Positions 32,965 through 47,433 of a stretch of 64,000 nucleotides of DNA are shown here, piece by piece. Origin of the DNA: Amoebophrya sp. A120. Its lineage: Eukaryota; Protista; Dinoflagellata. The notes under the pieces were generated by a model. That model worked only from the letters and a program-made list of their open reading frames with translations, was not told the origin of the DNA and did not search any database. The stretch is taken from contig CAJINV010000001.1 of the NCBI GenBank assembly GCA_905178155.1, forward strand, positions 12,321,832-12,385,831. Direction: 5' to 3'. Positions within the stretch are counted from its first letter, which is position 1, and each line of letters begins with the position of its first letter. The position numbers were made by a program, and so were the translations under genes.

Positions 32965-34773
32965 CTGTAGATCTAGAAAACTTATAAAAAGTACTCAATC
33001 AAAGACCGCAAAATGAACAACTGCAACGTGATATACGCCTGGCCATTTGGCTTGGTGAAAATGAGAACAAAGTCACACACGCACTGACTCCGCAACCATT
33101 TGTCAATGGCAAAAAAAAAGTTTTATGAAATTTCATGTTGAGAGGGAGTGCTTGCGCAGCTCTGCGTCAGCACTGCTGTTGCTGATCTGTGTGAATATAT
33201 GATAAAAAACCGCAAATCAAAGCACATTATGGAAATGTTCGGTTTTTCTGAATACATGTCCGAATCCGAGGCAGAGCCAGTACAGTACTGCGATTGCACG
33301 AGATACAACAAGCATCATGCGAGGCTGCACCGTGTGCAAGAACTAAATTAATATCGGTTTCCTGCAACAAATACAAATTGGAATTGCGCCGTACTTCCGC
33401 ACGATACTTCTTCATCGGTTGTAATTGCTGCGGCGCGAAACGTCATCATCGGTACGCCTAAATGTCACGATCCCTTGAATGACACGAACACAGAAATAAA
33501 TTTTGTTGAGTGGCTTTTTACGACGAGACGAAGAAAGCTTGAGCCATTTTGATCGTCCTTTCCAATTTTTTGTTACACAGGAACCTCCTGAGTTGTTCTA
33601 CCCCGTGTAAGTAAGTTTTGAACGCCGCGACGACCGTGTGTAGAATATGTGTGTACGATGATCCGGATCTGTCATCTGCCCGATTCGTACTTTCATCCTG
33701 CCAACAAGACAATTTTTAAATCCAATTTGACATTGACTCATAACAATTGTAGTGTTGTTTTTTCTGTGCCCTCCCGTCCGACTGCGTCTTGTATTGAAAT
33801 TTAAAGTAACTTTTTAAATCACGGACGTGGGGAGCTACAGTGGTCAAGGCCATGCTGAGACTTTAATACTGCGCTGTACGATAATCGCACACACAGATAG
33901 TAGAAGCACAAGAGCGCGTATCCTGTGGACTCGCACCGAAGGTTTGTACACTGCAGCTGCTGCGTTTGCGAGCACTTCTTTCTCGTCGAGATCAGCTTTC
34001 GGCGGATCATATCTTCGGACGCACGAACTTCGTGGCTCACCCTGCTACGGCTCATCTAACCAATCGAACATTAGGCACATGATAGCAAGCTTGATGTGTT
34101 AACCGCAGAGAACCGCAGGAGCTTCTGGAACGCTATTATCAGGCCTGCTCATACCACAACACTAGCATTTTCCTACTTCGGTAGGAGTACACTACTGTAG
34201 TTGTTGTCCTGAAGTATAATTTTCTTGCTTGTGAAGCCAATTTCACGGAAAAATTTTACCTCAGATTTTACGTTGACAATTCTCCTTGTCGAAGCTAACA
34301 AGTTCGTTGTACTTGGTTGAAATTTTTAAAACAAGCTGGAATGAGCCCCTCGACGACAAAACGGGCGCTACTGACGCTTTCCACTACTGTGTACAACTCC
34401 CCGCTTGCTCATGGTACCCGGTAACCCCTGCTTTTGCACCCCGCTTTTTCAATGCACAACGAAAAGTTATACTCACCTTGAACAATTTTTTATTTCGTTT
34501 TGAACAATAACTGAACTAAAAGACCATACGACATACACAGACATATCCTATCGATGGTCGTAGCCGCACTACAGCAGGAGCGATCCTAAAATTGTACCTT
34601 ACATATTGCTTTACCCATTGAAGAAGAAAATCACGGCAAACGAGATCGAAATATAGTACATAATCGCTACGGCTATCGTAAAAAATCCCCCGTACGAGGA
34701 AGGAGCTGCCTTTCCTGAACATAAACAAAAAGCGCTACAAAAATAAAGTAGTTTAGTCCAGCTACCCGGCGAA

Positions 34774-37014
<2,241 letters not shown>

Positions 37015-37709
37015 AGGTGGAGAGTGCTGCTGCATTGGTTGATTCCTGAGCGGATCATATCAGATGAATATTGAGCGTCCTCCCTACAACTGCTTTGTGG
37101 GCGAGCTATTCTCTCGTTTCGATTTTCAACCACGACGCTTCTGCTTAGGCGACCGACACTGATACGAAAGCTCCTTCTACCCCTTAATTTCAAAAAGAGA
37201 AAGACATTGCGCACATAGACTTGACGAGATACGCCTCCATGTTGCCAACATGAAAATATAACAACCCGAAGAGGACCAACTCATAATGTACACGGAGTGC
37301 ATGATCGATGCCGGGTCAGACTCGCTCTTACATGGTGTGTGTTCCAGCTTAACCGTTTTTTTGACACGATTTGTCATCGTTACTAAACACGGAAGAGCTT
37401 CTTGCGATCTTGATTTTCCCGGATGAGTTCAGCATGAAAATCATGACAAGACGATCAGCGCACGGATCTATTGTGATTGAAAAAGGCACATTCTATGCTT
37501 TGGCTTTCCTACGATCTAATTCTTTTGCAGCTTCTTGCTCGGTCACTCTTACCTTGACAGCTACAACTATCTATCTACGACTAAACTTTTTGGCGAGCTT
37601 GTTGCTGTATTTCCATTTCAAAAAAGTAATCACTCGAGCTCTACCACAAGACAAAAAGATAAGGACGAAGAACATCTTTGAGGTGGCAATAAACGTCGTC
37701 TATCTAAAA

Positions 37710-39107
37710 ATGGAGGATACAGCCAAAGTAAATGAAAAGATGCGGCTTCGGATCGACCTGTGTCGTATCGAATCTTGTCTTGATCTTGACGCAGAAGAGG
37801 CAAATTGGACGAAATGGAAAGCAACAATGTTTGGCACTCCGTGCCAGCCGATGCCGAACAAAGCCACGTTGGAGGGCACGACCAACGCCCAATCTTCACA
37901 GAAAATAGCAACCCTCAAATTCTATATTGCTCGCCACATCGGTGAGTGGACGCGTATGGATGTGGTGATGTTTTGCGATGGGGAGACTCAGGACCTCTAC
38001 GAGATGTCTGAGGCCATCTTTCTCTCCGAAAATCACCCAGGATTCCAAGGATCACTGAGATTGAAGCCGTGGAACGGTGCGGCCTCCGGCGAGGCGAGCG
38101 TAGAGATCGAGAACTTGATTTGCGTCGACGAGTACAGACTCTGAGCCTTGGCTTACTGATTTTTTTGTTGTTTCGCTCGTGAAGAATCTGAATCTGTCCT
38201 GCCGCTCTCTTTTCTTTCTAAGTACTTTCGCTCGTTCTTCGCAACCACCGCAGCAATATTCGTATGTACTGCTTTTGTATTGCCGTGTTCATTATATGAC
38301 CTATGAATTGAATTATGTGTAGTATATGTTCTATGAATATAAAAGATTTCGATTTCCGCATGTTACCTATACCATGTATTACATTTTTTCAGGCTGAAAG
38401 TGGAGGCTGGATTTCAGGGGATGAATTACGATTTTCTTTTGCTGCACGAGGTGATCAAGCAGCAGGTCCCGACTTTCTTTAATCTGAGCGGCACCGTTGT
38501 GTCGTACATGGACGCGGATGAGGCTCCCGAGAGGAAGAGCGCTTACGAAAGCATGGGCTTTCGCCGTATAGCGGAGACTGACTACTGGGCATTGCATTTG
38601 CACGCGAGTACGGACATATTCACACCGCGTCCGGCTCCGAAGGTGAAGGAATTTTGCCCAGGGCTGTGCGGCGATGGGGGGGAACCGCCCGAGGTTGAAA
38701 TTGACTATGTGGCGGACACTGAGGACGAGCCAGAGACACCTAGTAAACAGACCCCGAGCCCGGTCGCGTCACCGGCTGGAAGATCGGTGGTGTCGCCGGA
38801 GGAAACGATGCCTTTGCCGGACCACCTTGCCCGGCTCGTGCCAGAAGGTGACCCTATCGCTCGCGTTCGGGTGCCGAAGACGGGAATCGTTTACCAAAGG
38901 GGACAATCGATCTGTTTTGCGCCGCGTGAAAGCAGTCAAGAGGTTATCAACAACTTGCAGATGGAAAAAGAATACTGGAAAAACCGGGCTCTTAGGCTTG
39001 AAGCTGCAGGTGTGAAGGCGACCAAAATCTTGCAAGAGGCCCTGCAAGAGTCCCGCGAAGGCGAAGCGACGGAGTCCGCAAGAAAGCGACAGCGACTGGA
39101 CAACTAA
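37710..39107 (+). CDS. GNAT-like acetyltransferase paralog 1 (divergent); intron 38132-38392
   Basis: Spliced ICVDE|LKVEAGFQGMNYDFLLL ... AYESMGFRRIAETDYW, shared with the neighbouring gene. Confidence 0.6.
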
Positions 39108-39649
39108 CTCGAACGGGGACAATTTGATCGGGGTGCTTGAAACTCGGGCAACTACGAATGCGTGGCCTTTCGAATGTACTTACACGTCTTCAGGGGACAA
39201 AAAGATGCCTCAGCACTTCTGTTCGAGTATGGAAATGTTGATCGACGAAGTCATGCAACACCGGTGCTGCTCTCAACTATGTTCACTATTATGATCGCGA
39301 AAGGAGCATCTGTCTTCGTGAAGGCTTGGGGCGCATCGATTTAGAACCGGATGATTTGCTTTCACAGAAACCGTGTAGTTGTAGTTTTTGCCACCTGTAG
39401 TCGTGACCAGGGGACAGAAAGCTTCTGATATCAGCGTTTCAGTTTGAGAACTCTACGAAGGTCACAAGCGAGTGTCATAGGCGAGCGAAACGCACGGCTG
39501 ACTGGCTACGAAACCCCTTGGCACTGAGTAATTTGTTCTTGCGCGCAGAAAATTACATTCGCGACGACAAGCGCAAATACTTCTGTCTCAACATTACGAT
39601 AATAGACCCAACGCTCCTGTTGTAGTTACTTTTTGCGAACCTCAACAGC

Positions 39650-40894
39650 ATGGCGGCGTCAAGTCGAAATGCACCGCTTTCTTTGCGGGTGATCATGAAG
39701 CATTGCACCCCGGAATGCAACGGTGAGAATGAGTGGTGCGAATGGGAAGGTCGACTTGAAGGGCGCAACGGGTCGTCTGCCGAAACCGATGTGTGGGATG
39801 TCATTGCGACGATTAAGTTTCATGCTGTACTTGGTCTTGGAGGAGGTCAAAGCTACGAAGACGCCATGATGAGCTGCGATGCTGCAACGAACGAAATCTA
39901 TGATATGGCAAACAAAGTTTTCGAGGAACCTCAGGAGCTGACACAGCAACAGCGCGATCAACGACGTACGGCCATGGAAGCCAGCGGAATGCCGCCGGAA
40001 CTCATTGCCGACCTCGAGCTAACTCACCCGTACATGCTGTTGACGGGTAAAAAGTGGCATACGCCGCCGCCGGCTCCGCGAACTGATTTGCGATTTGGTG
40101 GTGACGAAATCGGCATGTCGTTCTACGGCATGTTTTTGTTTATCGACAGGTTCTTATGTGAAGACTTCCTCTTTTTCGTAATCGTAGTTCACCCTTCATC
40201 ACGATAAAACAGGCGTGTATCTGTGCTATTGTGTTTGGCCTTGGCGTCCTGACCCCTGAGTGGAAAACTCATTTTTACTTCTTTTACCAATCGCACAAAC
40301 AGGGTTGAAACAACGCCTGGCTACGCTGGAACCGGTTACGGACGCCTGCTCCTAGCAACCGTCATCGAACATCAGTGCCAGTGTCGCGACGAAGACGGCA
40401 ACATCGTTAGGGAGGAGTACAGCGCTGTTGTGTTGAAGCCGTCCCCCCTGCAGTGGAGCGAAGTCTACGAAGGTCCTCGTCTTGCGAGGCATCCGCAGCA
40501 CAGAACAAACCTACCGTCCAACTGCACACCGGAACAGCGCTATCCACAGCCCCTGTCTCCCGAACTCCAGTCGCAATTCGAGGAAGATCGTGCGAAATGT
40601 ATCGCAGTCTGGGAAACCATGGGCTTCCGGCGAATTGCAGATACGGATTACTGGGGACGGAACGAAGACTTCATATCGCCAGGACCAGAAATCTTCTGTC
40701 CCCGTTCTATTCACGACACGCTAGAAGTTTTCCGCGAGAGACCAGACACTGAACAAGGCGGAGATGAACCGTCGGACGACGAAGACGAAGAGCAAGAGGT
40801 GTTGGAAGATATAGTCGGTTTGGCGGCTGCGGAAGCTCTAGAGGAGGAGGATATTAGTTCGCTTCCACCACAGCAGAGAAGAAGGCTGTACTGA
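39650..40894 (+). CDS. GNAT-like acetyltransferase paralog 2; intron 40150-40302
   Basis: Spliced LFIDR|VETTPGYAGTGYGRLLL (acetyl-CoA motif A-like) ... VWETMGFRRIADTDYW (motif B-like). Confidence 0.68.
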
Positions 40895-41532
40895 TTGCAG
40901 CCCAAGCGTGGAGCACTTCAACTTTTTAACCTTATTGAGATCCTTCATTCGCGCGTCGTTCTCATCTCCAATATTCCGCGATGACTAAACAAACTGTACT
41001 TGTATATGTATTCAAGTTTTCTTCCATCTTTGCGCCATTGCAGACATGGCAATCAATGGACCGACACTTGTAGTTTTTTTTCATTGATAACGCTTTGATC
41101 AGAACAAGAGCAACCATCAGACTTGTTATACGTGTTGTGTTGTGTTTTCTGTTCATGCGAGTGTCGAGGTGAACAACACCTGTAGAAGCGCTAGGGTCAA
41201 CACGATTGGAAATCCGGAGAGACAGCCCACCTTGAGGGTCTGATGATTTATCTGGTCAATGGGTATCAGCGCTTCTGTCGTTGTGCAGGCCGATACGAGC
41301 AGTACGTCAACACTACTTACTTATTTCTATTTGTTTCCAAACAATCATTGAAAATTAAGTAAAGCATTGTATTGCAGAACGTCAACATAGTAGATGTGCG
41401 ACAATTCAACACAGCAAGTGTGAAGAATTTATGTCGCTCGTGCCCCTGCTTTCCGAACCGGGTCTGTGACGCCGACGAAACGTGTGGGACGTGCGGTGCG
41501 TGTGCGACTTCAGCACGAAAGAGTGACTCAAG

Positions 41533-44500
41533 ATGCGTATCTACCTCCAGCACGTGGACAGCTTTATCGGGCGCGCGCTGCTCAAGGAGCTCAAGCGCAA
41601 TGGTCCCATCTACAATCGCGTCTTCGGGTCCCTCAAGGATCCAAAACACTCGCAGAAGCCAGCCATGGTACGACGATTGGTGCAGAGCACGGACAAGCGG
41701 TTTGTGGAAACGGTTTTGTCCTGTAAGTTGATCGTTTTACACCTGCGTGAGGACAACAACGATGAACTCGAATTTATCCTGCAAACACTGAAAACCGCCG
41801 CAGCAACGCTGGAGGAACCACTGACGTACGCAGGACTTTTTTGTGACACGTGTGTGTTGAAAATAGTATGTCGTGCTCGTGACTGGTAAAACTGATGGGT
41901 CTGTATTCGAATGATTCGCGTTCAAAAAACTGCAGGCTTATCGTCGTCTCCAGCATCTTTGTGTGGGGAACCGGCCACGACGTCAAGGAGGCTGACTACC
42001 ATGACAGACAGCCACTGACACCAACGTATTTTTTGCTTCTTGCATTTGTCATGAAGATGAAGATGATGAACTGATGTAGTTCTTGCCCGTCAAGAAAAAC
42101 TCCCATGTGGCAGTGATCCCGTTGTTCTTCGAAACTGTACTTCAGCATGAAAGCGTGGAAAGATTACGAGGAGCGCGTTTTGGCCTTCAACCATGACGAA
42201 GCAGCACAAGTCAAGGCACACGTCGTTGGCTGCGGTGCGCTCTTTGGCGGCGGTGAATGCTCACACTTCGAAGGCGTCTTCAAAGACGCGTGGCTCGGGA
42301 ACACAGTATTGATTTTTGAATTTTTCTACATGTGCGCAAGAACACTGTCGCTTTAATGGCCTCAAAATGGCATGCGGATGGGACCGATGACAATTGATGA
42401 AATAAACATCCCTAGGTCGCCCTGCCCTCCGTATTGCGACGTACACACTGTGTGCCAACCGTCAACGTCTTCGATGTCGGGCGTATGCTGAACAAGCTGG
42501 TTTTTCAGACGGAGGTTGCAAAGGGCGAAATGCCCTATCTTATCTGCTGCGATACGTCACGAAATACGCTGACGGAGCTTTGGCAGGCCATCGTGAATGA
42601 GGTAAGAATTTCTCGCTTTCATGAAGAGGGAGGGCGTAGGCACTTCGGCTCTTGCGTTGCTGAAAAAATCCGATTGACTTTTCGTTTTCAAAGAAATAGA
42701 TAACAAAAATCCTCTCTCCCCACAAGTATCACAGATGACAGAAGCGTATACGATAAAAGACGAGCCATCCGAGGAGCATGAGGACCCAAATATTGTCGGC
42801 GCCAGCGACCTCACATGCATCCCGACCGAGCTGATGTGCACTGATGATTTTGCCTGGAACGCCCCCGGCGGCCTCACCGTAGCGGCCAACGCCCGCTTTG
42901 CAGGAGCGGAGTACGCGAAGGGCAGTAATCAGCAAGCAATAAAAGTGCTGCTATTCCGGGAGACGCCCAAGACCGGCGACCCGTCGGATAAAGCGGCTGA
43001 GCTGGAGCGAAAAGCCCACGAAGCGGCGTGCGTGCGCTACGTGAGCTTTCTGAAGGAGGAGTTCGGGATATCAAATGCAAAAATTTCTGGGTCTGGAATA
43101 TTGCAGGCTTTGTCATGCATATTAATTTTGCATGACCCAGGATGTCTGTAATGCACGACCTAGCATCACAGATTTTTAGAGGGCTTCCTGATCCTTACTC
43201 CGCATGACAAATGCCTTCCCCGCGTAGCACAAACTAGACTCCTCTTGCTGGTCACGCAATACAGATTTTTTCAGAGTCCCAAGTTAGCATCACAAGTTCC
43301 AACCTTCCAGGAGACCCAGACACTTTTACAATCCATACGGCATCACAGAAATCAAGTCCTTCGGCGAGATGGACTCGACAAACACGACGCGCTATATCCC
43401 ACAGAAAAAAGCTGGCAGGTCAGATTTGTAATGCAAAGATAAATACACAAAACAATCTGTATTGCATATCCGAAGCAGCATGCTATGGGGCCGCCCATGA
43501 CCAATTTTTCTGTGTATTTATTTTTGCATTACAAATATGAGTATGACCTGCCAGCTTTTTTCTCTGGGATACGCTACCGCGGTTACGTACTCGAAGTGCA
43601 GGGGGAGTTGACGCTGGAGACGTGCAAAAAGGAATTTCTGGAAGAAATAGAAGTCGAGGAAGTCGTGCAAAAGGAAGCGCCAGCAGAGGGAGAAGAAGGA
43701 GAGGAGTCGCCCGGCGGCCAGGAAACCGAGGTCGTCGTCACGGTAAGCAGAAAATGCTTTTCCACCATCGCAATCTTGTAAGTTTTTCTGTGACTCAGTT
43801 GAAGACGTCGAGATTGCGCAGAAATGAACCATTGACACAAAAAAACAAACACAGAAAAAGCTGGTGCCAAAAGCGTCTGCGCCGGAGCACGTAATTGCGC
43901 TGGCGTGGCCGTCAGACGCTGAGGAGGATAGCTCATTTGTCACGTTCTTCCGCGAAAACTTCCCAGAGGAGAAATCAATACTGTACTTATTTGTTTTGCA
44001 ATGTCATGATTTGTCCCTTCGTTCTGGCACATGACTATCGTCCGTTTTGAATTTGAGCATCTTTATCTTATATCTTTTGCATGTGGTTGTCCGGATTAAG
44101 TACAAGATCCTCTCGTCTCGTCTCAAAAAACCCGCAGCTACCTGCCACCCAAGCATGTCCCTGAGGAAGTGGAGAAACAGATGGAATCCGTGCGAATATA
44201 CATGGACGGGACCAACAAGAGGCCCGATGGGACGGTAGGCCGTGCGTTAAACGCAAACATGAAGCCGGAGAAGCAGGTCATCGAGGAAACACTCATCAAG
44301 CATGAGGAAGCGGCGGCAGAAACCGAGGGCATGGCGCAAGACGTAGACGACGACAACCTGGACGACCTACGCAAAAAAGAACCAACAAAAGCAGAAAAAC
44401 TCCGCTCCGAGCGACTGGTATCGATTTTTTGACCCTCATCAAGTGAGATACGCGGTAAATTTGTCTGCAATGGATGAAACGAAGACCTCCTAATATCGTG

Positions 44501-44722
44501 AATAATACCTAGAAACGCGTTGTCAAAATTTCCCTACAGGATGCACTGCTGGTGAAGGAAAAGCAGTTGCAAAGCAGCACGATCGCGGATTACGTAAATG
44601 AAAACGTGGTCCCGACGCTCACCGAGGGGCTGATCAAGCTGTGCAAGCTGAAGCCCGAACAGCCAATCGAGTACCTGGCAGATTTTCTCGAGAAGACTGC
44701 GGACGATCTGGCGGCGAGCTGA
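41533..44722 (+). CDS. Adenylate kinase 7-like flagellar protein (N-terminal Rossmann-like region, AK-like core, C-terminal Dpy-30 motif); about 7 GT-AG introns plus 2 introners
   Basis: MRIYLQHVDSFIGRALL, VVGCGALFGGGE..FKDAWLG, VPTVNVFDVG, TR|YRGYVLE, and Dpy-30 DYVNENVVPTLTEGLIKLCKLKPEQPIEYLADFL. Confidence 0.8.
43069..43337. mobile_element. Introner/MITE family A (269 bp), imperfect TSD CGGGA/CGGCA
   Basis: TATCAAATGCAAAAATTTCTGGGTCTGG ... GACCCAGACACTTTTACAATCCATA; excision gives EEFG|ITEIKSF, and the TSD mismatch is a synonymous Gly position. Confidence 0.9.
43395..43571. mobile_element. Introner/MITE family E (177 bp), TSD CGCTA
   Basis: TATCCCACAGAAAAAAGCTGGCAGGTCA ... TGACCTGCCAGCTTTTTTCTCTGGGATA; CGCTA at 43390-43394 and 43572-43576; excision gives TTRYRGYVLE. 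Confidence 0.93.
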
Positions 44723-45334
44723 GGCCGCTTTGTGGACTCAGAGTTTCGTTTTTCTTGAATGGAAAAAGCGAGCACGCATGCCGAACTATGTTGATTACCG
44801 ATCATACTACAAGTGTGTCAGGGATTAGAATGTGTCCTTATGTTACCTACGCTTACCTACGCAAAGACCAAGACACAAAGTCGAAAGAGCTGCAAAAGGC
44901 TTTTTTTGCAAAACAGATACTTTGCAATTATAGTTGCGCAAGCACAAAAGATAAGGTGTGTGTGTGGTTCTACTTCTGGTACATTAAATCAAGAACAAGT
45001 CTGCCTTCATCAATACCATCAAAACCTCGATGCGCACGCTGGGAACATCATCTTTGTTCGGCATCGGAGAAGATGAAGAAGATAGTGCCAGATCGGGTTG
45101 CTTTTCCACCTCCACGACACAATTCGTTATTCGTATTCGGATGATTCTAATTTTTCTTAAACACCGATCAGCTTCCAGCAACGTAGAGGTAGAATTAGAT
45201 CGATCATCAGGGTTATGGAGGAAGATTCTCAACCCCTGACTCAAGCTTCATCCAGAAATCATTAATAATCATCGCGAGCCGTCGTGTTTGCATTGTCTCG
45301 CGACAATTGTTCTAGACAGAGCACATGTGAAAAC

Positions 45335-47029
45335 ATGTTAACCCCCGGCTCCCTCCAGAAGCTCGAGTTCGCCGTCGACAATGTTTTGCGTGCCCTGTAC
45401 GAAACCCATGCGATAAAACTTTCCGTTTGCACACTTGCCGCAGGCGTGCAGGCTGGGGCGTGGTTGTTGCAAGTGCCCGGTGCGAGCTCAACGGTTTTGG
45501 AAGTGCAAGCGCCGTATGCGAGAGAAGCCACGCTCTCCTACCTCCGCAAAAATGCAAAACACAGCACTGGACTCAAGTTTTCTGGGCCGGGAATGGCACA
45601 GCTCCTGGCGGAAACGGCGCACCAAAGGGGTTTGCAGTGCGTTGCAAAGGAGGGAGAAAGAGCCGTGGGCGACAAGGCGTTACAACCTCCTGACGTAATC
45701 GACTGCGTTTTGCAACAGAGCCTGGATGCTGCAACGAAGATGGCAGCAGAAAAAGAAGTTTGCGCAAAGCAAACAAGAAGCGACGCAAACAAGATATTAC
45801 CCGCACCACTACCAAAAATTCTCGGGGTCGGTGTTGCAGGTGCACTGTCGTCAAATTACGAGCGACGCGGAGAGTCTGGAGCTTCGATTGCAGTCTACGA
45901 CGGCTGTTCGGGCGAGCCGCTGGTGACCAAGCAGATTGCATTTCCAAAAGCAGAAGATAAAGAATCGAAAACGGACAAGTCTACCACCGTCACAACACCA
46001 CCGACAGGACAGCAGCGCCGAAGAGAAGAGGACATTCTGGTTTCCACCGCAGTTGTAGTAGCGATTGGCGAGGCGGCGCTCCAGTCATCACATCCTGCCA
46101 CTGAAGACCTTGCTCTGGCAACGAATTCTCTGCGAGAGAGCCTTGACGCAGTGATTGCGGCCGCCCATCTTCAAAATGCTGTATCGATTACGGCGCGAAA
46201 GCGAGAGGCTTCGCCGGATCACGATCGCGAATTGACAGCAATCCATGAGTTTCTTGGATGGCGGGACAGCAAAACTGCGCGTGACCCAGAACTATCCTCT
46301 GCCTATGCCCGGGCGCCGTACTTGATACGCTCGGCGTTTTCTTTATCGTCCTCAAATTTCACTTGGATCCCTGGTCCTTTACCCTTCGGGCCTAACACCG
46401 TCGTCGTTTCCGGCTCCTTCAATCCGATGCACGATGGGCACCTCGAAATGGCTCGAGCTGCCGTCGCGAGGCTACTTGATGCATTCGGCGAGGTCAACGT
46501 TGATGTCATTTTCGAGCTCTCGTGTCAGAATGCCGACAAGGGAACGCTGGACATATTAGAGGTCCGGACACGAGTGGAGCGGTCGCAGCAGTTGTTGAGT
46601 CAGCGTAGGGCGTTTCTAGAAAACGCTACTAGCGCAGGAGGACAAAACGCCAAGCCGGGCAACAAGATTCGTGCCTGGATCCTCTTGACGAAAGCGATGC
46701 CGCTCTTCTCGCAAAAGGCTGAGCTATTTCCCGATACTGGTGCATCTTTCGTGGTCGGCACGGACACGAGTGCTCGCATCTTGAACCCGAAGTATTACGG
46801 AGATTCCGAAGCGCAGATGATTAACTCTATCAGGCAGATGCGGCCGTCCCTCTTTTTCGTTGCTCCCAGAGTTGTTGCCGAGGACAATTTCATTTCTTTA
46901 AAAGACCAAGTAGTTCCATCAGGACTGGAGAGCATGTTTTTCCCTCTAGACGCGTATTTCCAAAGAATCGACCTGTCGTCTACCGAACTGCGAAAGCAAG
47001 AGGTGGAGAACAAAAAGCGAAAGCGATAA
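45335..47029 (+). CDS. CinA-C-like plus cytidyltransferase-like (NMNAT-type HxGH) nucleotidyltransferase fusion
   Basis: AWLLQVPGASSTVLEVQAPYA, VSGSFNPMHDGH, FELSCQNADK, FVVGTDTSARILNPKYY and DLSSTELR. Confidence 0.85.
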   Translation: MLTPGSLQKLEFAVDNVLRALYETHAIKLSVCTLAAGVQAGAWLLQVPGASSTVLEVQAPYAREATLSYLRKNAKHSTGLKFSGPGMAQLLAETAHQRGLQCVAKEGERAVGDKALQPPDVIDCVLQQSLDAATKMAAEKEVCAKQTRSDANKILPAPLPKILGVGVAGALSSNYERRGESGASIAVYDGCSGEPLVTKQIAFPKAEDKESKTDKSTTVTTPPTGQQRRREEDILVSTAVVVAIGEAALQSSHPATEDLALATNSLRESLDAVIAAAHLQNAVSITARKREASPDHDRELTAIHEFLGWRDSKTARDPELSSAYARAPYLIRSAFSLSSSNFTWIPGPLPFGPNTVVVSGSFNPMHDGHLEMARAAVARLLDAFGEVNVDVIFELSCQNADKGTLDILEVRTRVERSQQLLSQRRAFLENATSAGGQNAKPGNKIRAWILLTKAMPLFSQKAELFPDTGASFVVGTDTSARILNPKYYGDSEAQMINSIRQMRPSLFFVAPRVVAEDNFISLKDQVVPSGLESMFFPLDAYFQRIDLSSTELRKQEVENKKRKR

Positions 47030-47433
47030 AGAACTACGGGCATTGGATTCTAGTCTCTTCGCTTAAGGCCACATGTGTCTGCGTCTCGCTTGGCGTTCGC
47101 CTTCGTGGCTTTCAGATTTTTGCCTCAGAAAAGATGAAGATCAACCTGGATCTGATGATGACCTTTTCATCTGATCAAACGAGATCATCAGTGAAGATCC
47201 AGCACGAGGTTCACTTCTGTGCCTGTTCTCCAAAACTCGTCGGTCTTCGACTTCCTTGAGGAGTAGCCTCATGTCAGTGAAACTTGTTCTTCACGATCAC
47301 GATCTATCTGTGCGAGCACGCCCGAGACTCACAGAACAGAACCAAGGAAAGACGTTGCAGCCACAACTGTGAAGTAGTTCTAGTCGCAGGTCCTGCACTG
47401 TTTTAGCAAAACTAGGTACATGAGAAGTATACG

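Noticed and set aside
33040-33056. GCCATTTGGCT resembling a dinoflagellate spliced-leader relic
   Set aside because: The match is short and gapped, and is not adjacent to a supported start codon.
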